A DNA stretch of 64,000 nt, from assembly GCA_964474655.1 (NCBI GenBank), contig CAYYTU010000008.1, forward strand, positions 10,732 to 74,731, given 5' to 3'. This document shows positions 30,955 to 40,384 of the stretch, one piece after another (position 1 is the first letter of the stretch; the number at the start of each line of letters is the position of its first letter). Under the pieces are notes generated by a model that had not been told where the DNA came from, ran no database searches, and saw nothing but the letters and a program-made list of their open reading frames with translations. Origin of the DNA: an uncultured Anaerolineales bacterium. Lineage in GTDB: Bacteria; Chloroflexota; Anaerolineae; B4-G1. Made by a program: the position numbers and the translations under genes.

Positions 30955-31701
30955 GTGCCTGGTGACAGCAAACTCATTCTCGTCGTCGATGACGAGCCTC
31001 GTATGACCCGTTTCATTCGCATGAACCTCGATCTGGAGGGTTATAAGGTTATTGAGGCCCGCGATGGCCTGGAAGCGCTCGAAAAAGTGCGTAAACACCT
31101 GCCCGATCTGGTAATTCTTGACGTCAGGATGCCTAAAATGGACGGCTTCGAGACCTTGCGGGAGATCCGCGAGTTTTCCGATGTGCCTGTGATTATGTTG
31201 ACTGTCCAGGATGAGGAGAAGGACAAAGTGCGAGGGCTAGACCTGGGGGCCGACGATTACGTGACCAAGCCTTTTGGCACCCGTGAGCTGGTCAGTCGCA
31301 TCAAGGCTGTGTTGCGACGTGCCAAGGGCCTAAAGTCGGAGGACCCTATCCTTCGCGTCGACGATCGGCTGAGCATTGATCTTAACCGCCACGACGTTAT
31401 CGTCGAAGGAGAGCGGATCAATCTTCCTCCCACAGAATTCCGATTACTTTACAATTTGGTCGAAAATGCTGGCTGGGTTGTGCCCCACGAGACGCTACTG
31501 ACCAAAGTGTGGGGTTACGAATATCGGGACGAGATGCAGTATCTTCGGCTCTACATCAGCTACCTGCGGGATAAGATCGAGCCGGATCCCTCCAATCCGC
31601 GCTACATCCTCACCGAAGTCGGCGTGGGCTATCGTTTTGTGGATTTTAATGAAGAAGAGCAGGCCACGAAGGGGGAGCCGGTGCAGCAAGAACCGACGTG
31701 A
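30955..31701 (+). CDS. OmpR-family response regulator (KdpE-like), orphan
   Basis: [21 protein letters not shown], winged-helix GVGYRF. GTG start behind GGAGGGAGG. Confidence 0.93.
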   Translation: MPGDSKLILVVDDEPRMTRFIRMNLDLEGYKVIEARDGLEALEKVRKHLPDLVILDVRMPKMDGFETLREIREFSDVPVIMLTVQDEEKDKVRGLDLGADDYVTKPFGTRELVSRIKAVLRRAKGLKSEDPILRVDDRLSIDLNRHDVIVEGERINLPPTEFRLLYNLVENAGWVVPHETLLTKVWGYEYRDEMQYLRLYISYLRDKIEPDPSNPRYILTEVGVGYRFVDFNEEEQATKGEPVQQEPT

Positions 31702-32013
31702 GGTCCCCATAAGCGTCACATCGCTTCGAGCCTTTGGTGGGTTTTGACACCCAAGTTCGGTGATAGCGCGATTTCTTCGTCGGATTAGCTTGATTTCCGT
31801 GCCCAACCTGGATTACCTATTTCGTTTGTCAGAACTGATAAGGGGGCTTCGAAGCGAATCGTCTGCGAAAGTGCCTTCAATGCCACAGAGTGTGCTCAGA
31901 TGCGCCCTCAGATGCGAACAAGGCAGACGAAGCTGGGGTTGATACGCTCGGTAAACGCCTCTGTAGGCAAGCTAACGCGTCTAGGGTGCTTTGGAACTGC
32001 TTCGTTTGCCCAT

Positions 32014-32038
32014 AAGCCTCCGCAATTTGCGGAGGCTT
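32014..32038. terminator. Hairpin terminator
   Basis: AAGCCTCCGCA-ATT-TGCGGAGGCTT followed by CCCCTTTT. Confidence 0.6.
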
Positions 32039-32186
32039 CCCCTTTTCTAATGGGGTTCTAACGCCTTTCTAGCACCAATCTAATGCGCCGGTGGCATAAT
32101 AATAAGCGAATCAGGAAGTAAGTGATCGTTCTGTTGAGTAGTCAGAAGTGGCAGCAAGATAAAACTTATCAACAGGAGGTGGAAAG

Positions 32187-32636
32187 ATGACACAGTTGAC
32201 GCGTTGGGAACCATTCCGTGATTTAGTCAGTCTGCGAGAAGCGATGGACAATCTCTTTGAGGAGAGCTTCGTACCCTCTCGGAGAGGGCTATCGACGATG
32301 GTGTCGACCGGCGGCTTGGCTGTTGATATGTACGAAACCGATGAAGCCGTGATCGTCAAGTCGGCTGTCCCGGGCCTTGATGCGGAGGATTTGGACATCA
32401 ACGTCACTGGCGACACTCTCACCATCAAGGGGGAGAGCAAGGAAGAAGAGGAAATCGAAGAAGAGAACTACTTCTGCCGCGAGCGTTGCTACGGTGCCTT
32501 CTCTCGCTCATTGAGCGTTCCGGTTCCGATCGTGGCTGACGAGGCGGAGGCGGAGATCAAAGATGGTGTGCTGACGCTGACCCTCCCCAAGGCCGAAGAG
32601 GTCAAGCCCAAGGCTATTGAGGTCAAATCCAAGTGA
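32187..32636 (+). CDS. Hsp20/alpha-crystallin small heat shock protein
   Basis: RWEPFRDL, VDMYET, ERCYGAFSRS, DGVLTLTLPK; AGGAGG SD. Confidence 0.95.
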   Translation: MTQLTRWEPFRDLVSLREAMDNLFEESFVPSRRGLSTMVSTGGLAVDMYETDEAVIVKSAVPGLDAEDLDINVTGDTLTIKGESKEEEEIEEENYFCRERCYGAFSRSLSVPVPIVADEAEAEIKDGVLTLTLPKAEEVKPKAIEVKSK

Positions 32637-32675
32637 CGTAGACGTAGATCAAAATAGAAACAGGAGGTACTGAAA

Positions 32676-33116
32676 ATGGCGATCACCAACCCTTGGCAAG
32701 ATGTGATGAGCTTGCGCGACGCGATGGACCGGCTCTTTGAGGAAAGCTTCGTTCGCCCCTCACGTCGGGATGAGGAAGCGCGCCCGCGAAGGTACTTACG
32801 CCTTCCACTTGACGTCTACACCACGCCGGACGATATTGTGATCGAAGCGTCGTTGCCGGGCCTGACGCCCGAGGAAGTCGATATTACCGTCGATGGCGAT
32901 CGGTTGATTATCAGAGGCGAGCTCAGGCCGCCGCTGGAGAACGTCGACTATCTCTTTAAAGAACGTCCATATGGCGCATTCTCCCGCACCTTGACGTTGA
33001 ACGTTCCGGTGGAGGAGGACCGCGCCGAGGCGGTCTTCGAGAACGGGGTCTTGAGGCTCACGCTTCCCAAATCTGAGGAGACGAAACCGAAGGCCATTGA
33101 GGTCAAGAAGCGCTAA
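32676..33116 (+). CDS. Hsp20/alpha-crystallin small heat shock protein (second paralog)
   Basis: LDVYTT, ERPYGAFSRT, NGVLRLTLPK; AGGAGG SD. Confidence 0.95.
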   Translation: MAITNPWQDVMSLRDAMDRLFEESFVRPSRRDEEARPRRYLRLPLDVYTTPDDIVIEASLPGLTPEEVDITVDGDRLIIRGELRPPLENVDYLFKERPYGAFSRTLTLNVPVEEDRAEAVFENGVLRLTLPKSEETKPKAIEVKKR

Positions 33117-33143
33117 CTCGAAAACCTGGCGAGAGCATCATCC

Positions 33144-33181
33144 AGCTCCTGAGGGACGATGGGTCCTTCAGGAGCTTTTTT
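33144..33181 (+). terminator. Intrinsic terminator of the hsp20 pair
   Basis: AGCTCCTGAGGGAC-GATGG-GTCCTTCAGGAGCT followed by a T-tract. Confidence 0.85.
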
Positions 33182-33293
33182 GTTGTCTTGCGATTTGACG
33201 CTCATTATCCAGGCGTCGGCTGTGCTGGTGACACCTTGCCCTCTTGCTTGACCTTGGAGTATAATAAGCCAAGCCAAAGTAGAGGGAGGATCT

Positions 33294-34706
33294 ATGAACC
33301 ATAATCACGTGGACAGACTTCGTCGGTTGCCCAGCGTGGATCGCTTGCTGGCCCGCGACGGGGTGAGCGCTTTGATTGAGAGCTTCGGCCGCCGACGGGC
33401 GGTGGACGCGCTGCGAAGGGCGCTGGATGGCGTGCGGAACGAGGTGCTCGCCGGCGCGGATGTGCCCGATGAGGCGGATATTGTGGCCCGTGCTGATACT
33501 TACCTGCGGGAGCAGCTGAGCCCCACACTGCGACCGGTGATCAACGCCACCGGCGTTATCATCCACACTAATCTGGGACGGGCGCCGCTCTCCGAGGCCG
33601 CACGGACGGCGATGGAAGCCGTCAGCCGCAGCTATGCTACGCTGGAGTACGACCTGGAGCTCGGCGGGCGTGGGCACCGCACCGTCCACGCCGAGCGACT
33701 GCTGTGCGAGCTCACAGGGGCCGAGTCTGCGCTGGTGGTCAATAACAACGCCGGGGCAGTGCTCCTGGCGCTGACGGGTCTGGCGCAAGGGCGCGGCGTC
33801 GTCATCTCGCGCGGGCAGCTGGTGGAGATCGGAGGAGGCTTTCGGGTGCCGGACGTGATGGCACAGAGCGGCGCCCACCTGATCGAGGTTGGCACCACCA
33901 ACCGTACCCATCGCTATGATTACGATCAGGCGTTGGAGGCGCCGGAGGCGGACGTGGCGCTTATCCTGCGGGCCCATCACTCCAACTTCCGCGTGGTGGG
34001 CTTCACCTCCGAGCCGAGCCTGAGCGAGCTGGTGGCGTTGGGCGAGGAACGCGGCGTGCGCGTGATGGATGACCTGGGCAGCGGCGCGCTGCTGGAAACG
34101 CGCGATTTTGGCCTGGCGCACGAGCCAACAGTGCAGGAGAGTGTGAGGGCTGGCGCGGCTGTGGTTTGCTTCAGCGGCGACAAGCTACTGGGCGGCCCCC
34201 AGGCCGGGATCATCGTCGGGCAAGCCGACGCCGTCGAGCCGCTGAAGATCCATCCTTTGACCCGCGCACTGCGCCCCGACAAACTCTGTCTGATCGGGTT
34301 GCAAACGACATTGCTCCACTACCTGCGGGACGAGGCTGTCGCGGAGGTGCCGGTCTGGCGGATGATCGCCACGCCTTTGGAGAAAATCCAGGCGCGGGCG
34401 GAGGCGTGGCGAAAGGCGCTTCTTGAGATTGGCGCTGCGGTCGCCGTCATCGAAGGTCAGTCGACCGTCGGGGGGGGGAGCCTGCCCGGCGAGACGTTGC
34501 CTACGATGCTGGTCGCACTTGATGTGGCGGACCCGGACCAGCTGGCGGCGTCTTTGCGCGCGGCTGATCCGCCCGTCGTCGCACGCATCGTGGAGGATCA
34601 GTTGGTGCTCGATCCGCGCACGGTGTTGCCGGAGGAGGAAAAGACCCTGCTGCAAACAGTGAGGAAAAGTGTGGAAAGGATCAAGGTACAACGATCTGCA
34701 TCGTAG
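33294..34706 (+). CDS. selA: L-seryl-tRNA(Sec) selenium transferase
   Basis: N-terminal LRRLPSVDRLL, VINATGVIIHTNLGRAPL, VNNNAGA, SRGQLVEIGGGFR, EVGTTNRT, PLP lysine in FSGDKLLGGPQAG. Confidence 0.95.
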   Translation: MNHNHVDRLRRLPSVDRLLARDGVSALIESFGRRRAVDALRRALDGVRNEVLAGADVPDEADIVARADTYLREQLSPTLRPVINATGVIIHTNLGRAPLSEAARTAMEAVSRSYATLEYDLELGGRGHRTVHAERLLCELTGAESALVVNNNAGAVLLALTGLAQGRGVVISRGQLVEIGGGFRVPDVMAQSGAHLIEVGTTNRTHRYDYDQALEAPEADVALILRAHHSNFRVVGFTSEPSLSELVALGEERGVRVMDDLGSGALLETRDFGLAHEPTVQESVRAGAAVVCFSGDKLLGGPQAGIIVGQADAVEPLKIHPLTRALRPDKLCLIGLQTTLLHYLRDEAVAEVPVWRMIATPLEKIQARAEAWRKALLEIGAAVAVIEGQSTVGGGSLPGETLPTMLVALDVADPDQLAASLRAADPPVVARIVEDQLVLDPRTVLPEEEKTLLQTVRKSVERIKVQRSAS

Positions 34707-34818
34707 GCGCTTCGCGGTGGTTGTGGCAATTGTTCTTGGCGTAAAGTGAGGAGTTGCAAGCTTGCTGGAGCAGGGGGCTTTGCTAAGTCACGATAATGTG
34801 TTGCAAAGGAGTTAAGCA

Positions 34819-36042
34819 GTGAAGGAAGACCTGAATAGTTTGATGGCGGATCGTGGGCTGGACGCAATTATCGTCGCGGGGCCGGCGCACGGCAACCCGG
34901 CGATGTACTATATGACCAACGGCGCTAACCTGACGCGCGGCTATGTGATCCAGAAGCGCGACCAGGAGCCGACGCTGCTGTGTTCTCCGATCGAGCGAGA
35001 GGAGGCCGCCGCCAGCGGACTGGACGTCGTCAACCTGAACAAGTACGATTTCGTCAGCATCCTCCACGAGAAAGGTGACCGGCTGGAGGCGAGCGTCGAG
35101 CTCTACCGCCGCATCTTCGACGATCTGAACGTGAGCGGGCACGTCGGGTTCTATGGCAAGGCGGACCAGGGGCGATCCTGGGTGCTGCTCAACGCGCTGA
35201 ACGAGCAGCTGGCGGATATTGAGGTCTACGGCGACTTCGATCAATCACTCATCGAGCAAGCCCGCGCCACCAAGGACGCCGCCGAGGCGGAGCGCATCCG
35301 GGAGATGGGCCGACGGACGTGTCTCATCGTGGAGCGTACCATCGACTTCTTGCAATCACACGCCGTCGAGGACGAGACGCTGATGGAGGACGACGGCACG
35401 CCCCTGACCGTCGGGCGCGTGCACGCGGCAATCAAGCGCTTCATCGCTGAGCAAGGCCTGGAGGACCCAGAGGGATTCATCTTCGCCATCGGGCGCGACG
35501 CGGGTATTCCTCACAGCAAAGGTACCGCCGAGCACATCGTCACACTGGGTCAATCCATCGTCTTCGATATCTTTCCGTGCGAGGCCGGCGGGGGATACTT
35601 CTTCGATATGACCCGCACATTTTGCCTGGGCTATGCCCCGTCCGAGGTCGAGCAGGCCTATCAGCAAGTGCGCGAATGCGTGGCGATGCTGGTCGAGGCC
35701 TACGAGCCGGGGGCCGAGACGTGGCATTATCAGCAGTTGGCGTGCGATTTCTTCGAGGAGCGCGATCATCCCACCGTCGGCAGCGATACCACGGCCGAGC
35801 AAGGCTACGTCCACAACGTGGGCCATGGACTGGGGCTGGCAATCCACGAATCGCCGCGCTTCAGCGACACGCCCGATAATACCGACGTGCTCTCGCCGGG
35901 TCACATCTTCACCTGCGAACCGGGGCTCTACTATCCAGACCGTGGCTTCGGCGTCCGCCTGGAGGATGTGATTTGGATCGATGACGACGAAGTCGTTCAC
36001 AACCTGACCGATTTTCCGAAGGAATTAGTGATTGAGATGTAG
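34819..36042 (+). CDS. M24 (Xaa-Pro) peptidase family protein
   Basis: RATK..E, IPH, FDIFP, DMTRT, HNVGHGLGL.IHE, TCEPGLY, GVRLED. Confidence 0.9.
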   Translation: MKEDLNSLMADRGLDAIIVAGPAHGNPAMYYMTNGANLTRGYVIQKRDQEPTLLCSPIEREEAAASGLDVVNLNKYDFVSILHEKGDRLEASVELYRRIFDDLNVSGHVGFYGKADQGRSWVLLNALNEQLADIEVYGDFDQSLIEQARATKDAAEAERIREMGRRTCLIVERTIDFLQSHAVEDETLMEDDGTPLTVGRVHAAIKRFIAEQGLEDPEGFIFAIGRDAGIPHSKGTAEHIVTLGQSIVFDIFPCEAGGGYFFDMTRTFCLGYAPSEVEQAYQQVRECVAMLVEAYEPGAETWHYQQLACDFFEERDHPTVGSDTTAEQGYVHNVGHGLGLAIHESPRFSDTPDNTDVLSPGHIFTCEPGLYYPDRGFGVRLEDVIWIDDDEVVHNLTDFPKELVIEM

Positions 36043-36082
36043 GATATGTTCTTCAAGCCGTGCCTGCTAGAAGGGAACTGAT

Positions 36083-37099
36083 ATGACACGTATTTTGGCG
36101 ATTGAAACATCTTGCGATGAGACCGCCGGGGCTGTGATTGAGGATGGGCGGCGGATTCTTTCCAACGTCGTCGCCTCGCAAATTGATCTGCATGCGCAGT
36201 ACGGTGGGATCTTCCCGGAGATGGCCTCCCGCGCCCACGTCGAGGCCATCGTGCCTGTGATCGAACAGACGATGGAGGAAGCACACCTTGGCTTTGACGA
36301 TCTGGATGCTGTGGCCGTGACCTATGGCCCCGGGCTGGCCGGGTCGCTGCTGGTAGGGCTCAACGCGGCCAAAGGCCTGGCGCTAGGCCGGGGCCTGCCG
36401 CTGCTTGGGATCAACCACCTGGAGGCGCACATCTATGCCCACTGGCTGGAGGTGGAGGGTGAAGGTGTGGCTCGGGGCGAGCTGACCTTCCCGCTGCTTT
36501 CGATGCTCGTCTCCGGCGGCCACACCGAGCTGACCTTGATCCACGACCATGGCGATTACGAGTACCTGGGAGGCACGCTCGACGATGCAGCCGGCGAGGC
36601 TTTCGACAAAGTGGGGCGCTTGCTGGAGCTCCCCTACCCTGGCGGCCCGGAGATCGAGAAGGCGGCGCGCCGAGGCGATCCACAGGCCTTCGATTTTCCC
36701 CGCGCCTGGCTGGATGATACCTTCGATTTCAGCTTCAGCGGGCTCAAGACCGCCGTGCTGCGCAAAGTGCAGAAGTTCAGCGATCTGCCTCGCGGCCGCC
36801 TGCTGGCCGACATGGCAGCCAGCTTCCAGGCTGCGGTGGTGGACGTGCTTTCGGCCAAGGCAGCCCGGGCGGCAGAGACCTTCGACGTGACCGCCGTGCT
36901 GCTCTCCGGCGGGGTCACGGCCAACCAGACGCTGCGCGCGATGACAGTCGAGCGAGTCTCTGTCCCGGTCTATTATCCTCCGATCTTCCTTTGCACCGAC
37001 AATGCCGCGATGGTCGGCGCTTGTGCGCATCGCCACTTTGTCAACGGCGAGCGGGACGGCTGGGACCTGGACGTGGAGACTGGGTTGCGGCTGATGTGA
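36083..37099 (+). CDS. tsaD: tRNA N6-threonylcarbamoyltransferase TsaD
   Basis: LAIETSCDET, PEMASRAH, GPGLAGSL, NHLEAH, VSGGHT, DDAAGEAFDK, FSFSGLKT, TDNAAM. Confidence 0.97.
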   Translation: MTRILAIETSCDETAGAVIEDGRRILSNVVASQIDLHAQYGGIFPEMASRAHVEAIVPVIEQTMEEAHLGFDDLDAVAVTYGPGLAGSLLVGLNAAKGLALGRGLPLLGINHLEAHIYAHWLEVEGEGVARGELTFPLLSMLVSGGHTELTLIHDHGDYEYLGGTLDDAAGEAFDKVGRLLELPYPGGPEIEKAARRGDPQAFDFPRAWLDDTFDFSFSGLKTAVLRKVQKFSDLPRGRLLADMAASFQAAVVDVLSAKAARAAETFDVTAVLLSGGVTANQTLRAMTVERVSVPVYYPPIFLCTDNAAMVGACAHRHFVNGERDGWDLDVETGLRLM

Positions 37100-37133
37100 T
37101 CGCCGTCTTGAGACGACGTGAACTGAGGAGAGG

Positions 37134-37805
37134 ATGATGGTAGAGACTGACCGCGCATCTGCGAGAGACGACTATGCCACGGACGTAGGCCGGGTCACGG
37201 GCCCGGTTCACGCCGGTCGCGGCGACGTGATCCACATTGAGCGCGTTGAGTGGATGGCCGATCGGGCCCGCCAGACAATTCGCGGCGCACTGCCGGAGGA
37301 TCGGACAGCGCGAGACGAATTGCAAGAGGTGATCGAGACGATCATTACGCTCCAGGCCGAGATGGCGGAATGGAAAGAGCTCCATCACCTGCTGCACGAG
37401 GTCTTGACGGCCTTCGGCCCATTTTACGCGCAGGTGACCACGCTGGAGGCCAATGGGCTGGATGTTTCCACCAGCCAGACTCTGTTGCGGAGCTGGCGGC
37501 CGTGCCAGGATGAGATCGGCCTGCTGGTCGACTTTGCAGCCGATGTGGAACACATCGGACAACCGTTCCGCCGCGATGACCAGGTTCTGCGTGGGGAGCG
37601 CTGGGCCGTGGAGATGGTTGCGCTCCAACGGTTGCTGGAGGATACGCTGAAGGAGGAACGGCCCAGCCCGGGTAGTGTGGTGGAGCTAGCCGAGGAGTTC
37701 AACGGCGTCTGCCAGCGTTATCTGGGCTTGGCCGACCGGAGGCTGCGGGGTGTGGTTGGTAAGTTACAGCGCGTATCTACGCGCTTGTTGGGGGGCATAA
37801 TATGA
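37134..37805 (+). CDS. Helical protein of unknown function with N-terminal GPVHxGxGD motif
   Basis: GAGGAG SD; 223 aa; ATGA overlap with the next gene. Confidence 0.8.
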   Translation: MMVETDRASARDDYATDVGRVTGPVHAGRGDVIHIERVEWMADRARQTIRGALPEDRTARDELQEVIETIITLQAEMAEWKELHHLLHEVLTAFGPFYAQVTTLEANGLDVSTSQTLLRSWRPCQDEIGLLVDFAADVEHIGQPFRRDDQVLRGERWAVEMVALQRLLEDTLKEERPSPGSVVELAEEFNGVCQRYLGLADRRLRGVVGKLQRVSTRLLGGII

Positions 37806-39286
37806 GCGAATTGCTGGAGGCCATTCAACGGCGGCATCAGGAGGCATTGGACCAACTGCAGCAGGATGAAGTAGACGAGTCCTTCCTAGAGAGCATCCAC
37901 GTTCTGCTGGACGATCTGCGCCAGGCCGGGGCCCTGGTCCCCGATCCGGGCGAGCGCGGTCAGCTGCGGGCCTTGATGCGCTTCTGGGCCAACGTGATCT
38001 ACGATCGTACCGGCGCCTATCCCGATACCACACTTCAGCCTCTTGATCCCGCTCGCGCCCGTCCGTTGGCCGAGCCGGCCCCGCGTCCGCGTGAAAGGAA
38101 GACGCCGTTCGACTGGCTACTTGTGGGTTCGGTGGGCTTGATTCTGTTGTTGAGCGTTGCTTTGGGAGTACTTTGGCTAAGCCGGGATGGTGTTTCACAC
38201 GTTTCGGCCACGCCGACGCCTACCCCTCCCCCGCTCCCGGTCAGCGAGCTCGTCATCGGCGAAGCGCCGGTAGAGACCGGTGATGTAGTCAGAACCCGTG
38301 ACGTCTTCTGCTATGGCGTGCCGGAGATTGTGAGCGTCCTTAATCTGGAGGACACCAGGCCGGAGACGCGCTGGCGCTGGGAGGTGCGGCGTGGCGACGA
38401 GGTGGTGAACGCGCAGCCGGAGCAGCGTTGGAAGGGCGATCTTGATGTGCCTTTGACGGTCCTGAGCGGCGATGACGGCGGCGTCGAGCCGGGCCGCTAC
38501 GAGTTTCGCGTCTACGTGGACGACCAGCTGGTGGAGGCGCGGGTATTTCGCGTGCTCGAGACTGCGCCCCGGATCACCGATCTCCGGGTGGCGGATGTGC
38601 CAGAGCCAAGCGATGCTGATCCTGGCGATCAATTTGGCGCCGGCACGCGCGTGATCTATCTGACCTATCGCTATGAAGGGTTCTGTCCGAGTCTGGAGAT
38701 ATCCCATCGCCTTTACCATCAAGGGGATGTACTTCGGGAGAAAGTCAAGGCGTGGGATGGGCCGCCTCAGGGTGAGCGCCAGGTGATCTTCCAGGCGTTG
38801 GACGAGGAGCCGTTCCCGTCCGGCGACTATGCGGCGGTCGTAGAGTTAGCAGGGCGGGCGCAGATTGAGGAACAGACCCAGAAGGCCTCGTTCACCATCG
38901 GAGAACCAGAGCCGGAGATCACGCCGTCCTTCGGTGACGTCACCATCGCGCTGGGCGTGGGGCCGGATGGCACGCCGATTCTCCCGGTCGAGGAGACGTC
39001 GTTCGATTGGAACACAAAAGTCGTTTACGCCATCTTCGAGTACGCCGGGATGCGCGATGGCCTGAGCTGGTCGGCGGTGTGGGCGCGCAATGGGCAGGAG
39101 GTTGCCCGTCAGGAGGGCTTGTGGGATGCGGAGGCCTTTGGCGCGCAGGGCACGCGCTGGGTCGCTTACTACGATGAGCAAGGGTGGACGCTGCCCGGTG
39201 GCGATTATGCCGTCACGCTTCTCATCGACGGTGAGGCTCAGCGCCGACGCGAGTTCAATATTCGTTATTACGTGACCAATCCGTAG
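37802..39286 (+). CDS. Single-pass membrane protein: N-terminal helical domain, TM, Pro/Thr linker, three beta-sandwich-like repeats
   Basis: TM WLLVGSVGLILLLSVALGVLWL; ATPTPTPPP linker; three repeats with F..G...(I/V)Y, W...G and pG.Y. Confidence 0.85.
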   Translation: MSELLEAIQRRHQEALDQLQQDEVDESFLESIHVLLDDLRQAGALVPDPGERGQLRALMRFWANVIYDRTGAYPDTTLQPLDPARARPLAEPAPRPRERKTPFDWLLVGSVGLILLLSVALGVLWLSRDGVSHVSATPTPTPPPLPVSELVIGEAPVETGDVVRTRDVFCYGVPEIVSVLNLEDTRPETRWRWEVRRGDEVVNAQPEQRWKGDLDVPLTVLSGDDGGVEPGRYEFRVYVDDQLVEARVFRVLETAPRITDLRVADVPEPSDADPGDQFGAGTRVIYLTYRYEGFCPSLEISHRLYHQGDVLREKVKAWDGPPQGERQVIFQALDEEPFPSGDYAAVVELAGRAQIEEQTQKASFTIGEPEPEITPSFGDVTIALGVGPDGTPILPVEETSFDWNTKVVYAIFEYAGMRDGLSWSAVWARNGQEVARQEGLWDAEAFGAQGTRWVAYYDEQGWTLPGGDYAVTLLIDGEAQRRREFNIRYYVTNP

Positions 39287-39305
39287 GAGATAATAGGAGC
39301 AGACG

Positions 39306-39746
39306 ATGGCTGAGCGTCAGGGCGAACGCGGCGACAAGTTCGAGACCCACATCGGCACGGTAAGCGGGCCGGTCCATACCGGACAGGGGGATCTGCTGGT
39401 TGACCATTGGGACGCGGCGCACGGTGTGTCTCAGGCAGAAATAGCGCACCTGAGGGGGCTTTTTGAGAATCTGCGCGCGCAGGCGGCGGCCGAGGCTCCC
39501 ACCGAGTTGGAGGAAGAGGCGCAGGCGCAAGTGGATGCGCTGGAGAAGGCTGTCATCTCCGACGAGCCAGACGTGAACGCGATGAAGCGCGTGCGCGATT
39601 GGTTCGTCGAGCAGCTGCCCTCGGCCGCTGGCGCGGTGACCTCCTTGTTGGTCAACCCCATCCTGGGCAAGCTAGTTGAGACCACGGGCGAGCTGGCGGC
39701 CGATGAGCTGAAGCGCTTGCTCGGCGTGAATGTCGAAAAATCTTGA
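39306..39746 (+). CDS. Small helical protein with N-terminal GPVHxGxGD motif
   Basis: AGGAG SD; 146 aa; C-terminal amphipathic/hydrophobic helices. Confidence 0.85.
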   Translation: MAERQGERGDKFETHIGTVSGPVHTGQGDLLVDHWDAAHGVSQAEIAHLRGLFENLRAQAAAEAPTELEEEAQAQVDALEKAVISDEPDVNAMKRVRDWFVEQLPSAAGAVTSLLVNPILGKLVETTGELAADELKRLLGVNVEKS

Positions 39747-39770
39747 CAGAACCCGCCTCTGTGTTAAGAT
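39743..39770 (+). promoter_or_regulatory. sigma70-type promoter of rnpB
   Basis: TTGACA-N16-TAAGAT with an extended TG, 12 nt upstream of the RNA. Confidence 0.65.
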
Positions 39771-39782
39771 AAGATTGAGTGG

Positions 39783-40174
39783 TGCCCAAGTCGGACGGGC
39801 GATCGCGTCTTGGTCATTGTGCCAGGCGAGGAAAGTCCGGGCTCCACAGGGCATGGCGCTGGGTAATCCCAGGTCGGGGCGACCTGACGGAAAAGGGCCA
39901 CAGAAAAGTAGACAGCCGGGCCGGGTTCCGCCTGGCTTGGTGATGGTGAAAAGGTGGTGTAAGAGACCACCGGCGTCCGCGGTGACGCGGGCGGCCGGGT
40001 AACCCCCGCCAAGAGCAAGGCCAAGCAACGAGGGCGAGAGGTGGCCCGCCTCGTTTGAGCCCCGGGTAGGCCGCTAGAGGCGGCGGGTAACCGTCGCCCC
40101 AGATAGATGATCGCTGCCCTGTGCTGCGTAAGCGGCTCAGGGCACAGAACCCGGCTTATCGGCCGACTTGGGCA
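39783..40174 (+). ncRNA. rnpB: RNase P RNA (type A)
   Basis: P4 signatures GAGGAAAGTCCGGGCTCC and ACAGAACCCGGCTTA; AGAGCAAGGCC; terminal P1 TGCCCAAGTCGG/CCGACTTGGGCA. Confidence 0.97.
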
Positions 40175-40384
40175 TACTCAGAGGCACCCCGCACTTTGCT
40201 AGCTGAACCCGCTCGCTCACGCTGGACGACACGTCCATCGCCTGGACGGATGCTTCGTTCGTTCGGATCTCAGGTGTTAGGCACTTGAGGGGGGAGCGAT
40301 TCAGCGGGGACAGTGATTCAACAGCGCCCGGCGTTCGCTGGGAGGTAGATCCCTTCGGCGGAAGGGCCTGGCGCCTTGCCCCCC

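Noticed and set aside
32069-32100. CIRCE upstream of the hsp20 genes
   Set aside because: Only a partial half-site (CTAGCACC) with no matching second arm at 9-nt spacing.
39672-40028. ORFs overlapping 39672-40028
   Set aside because: The region is explained by RNase P RNA.
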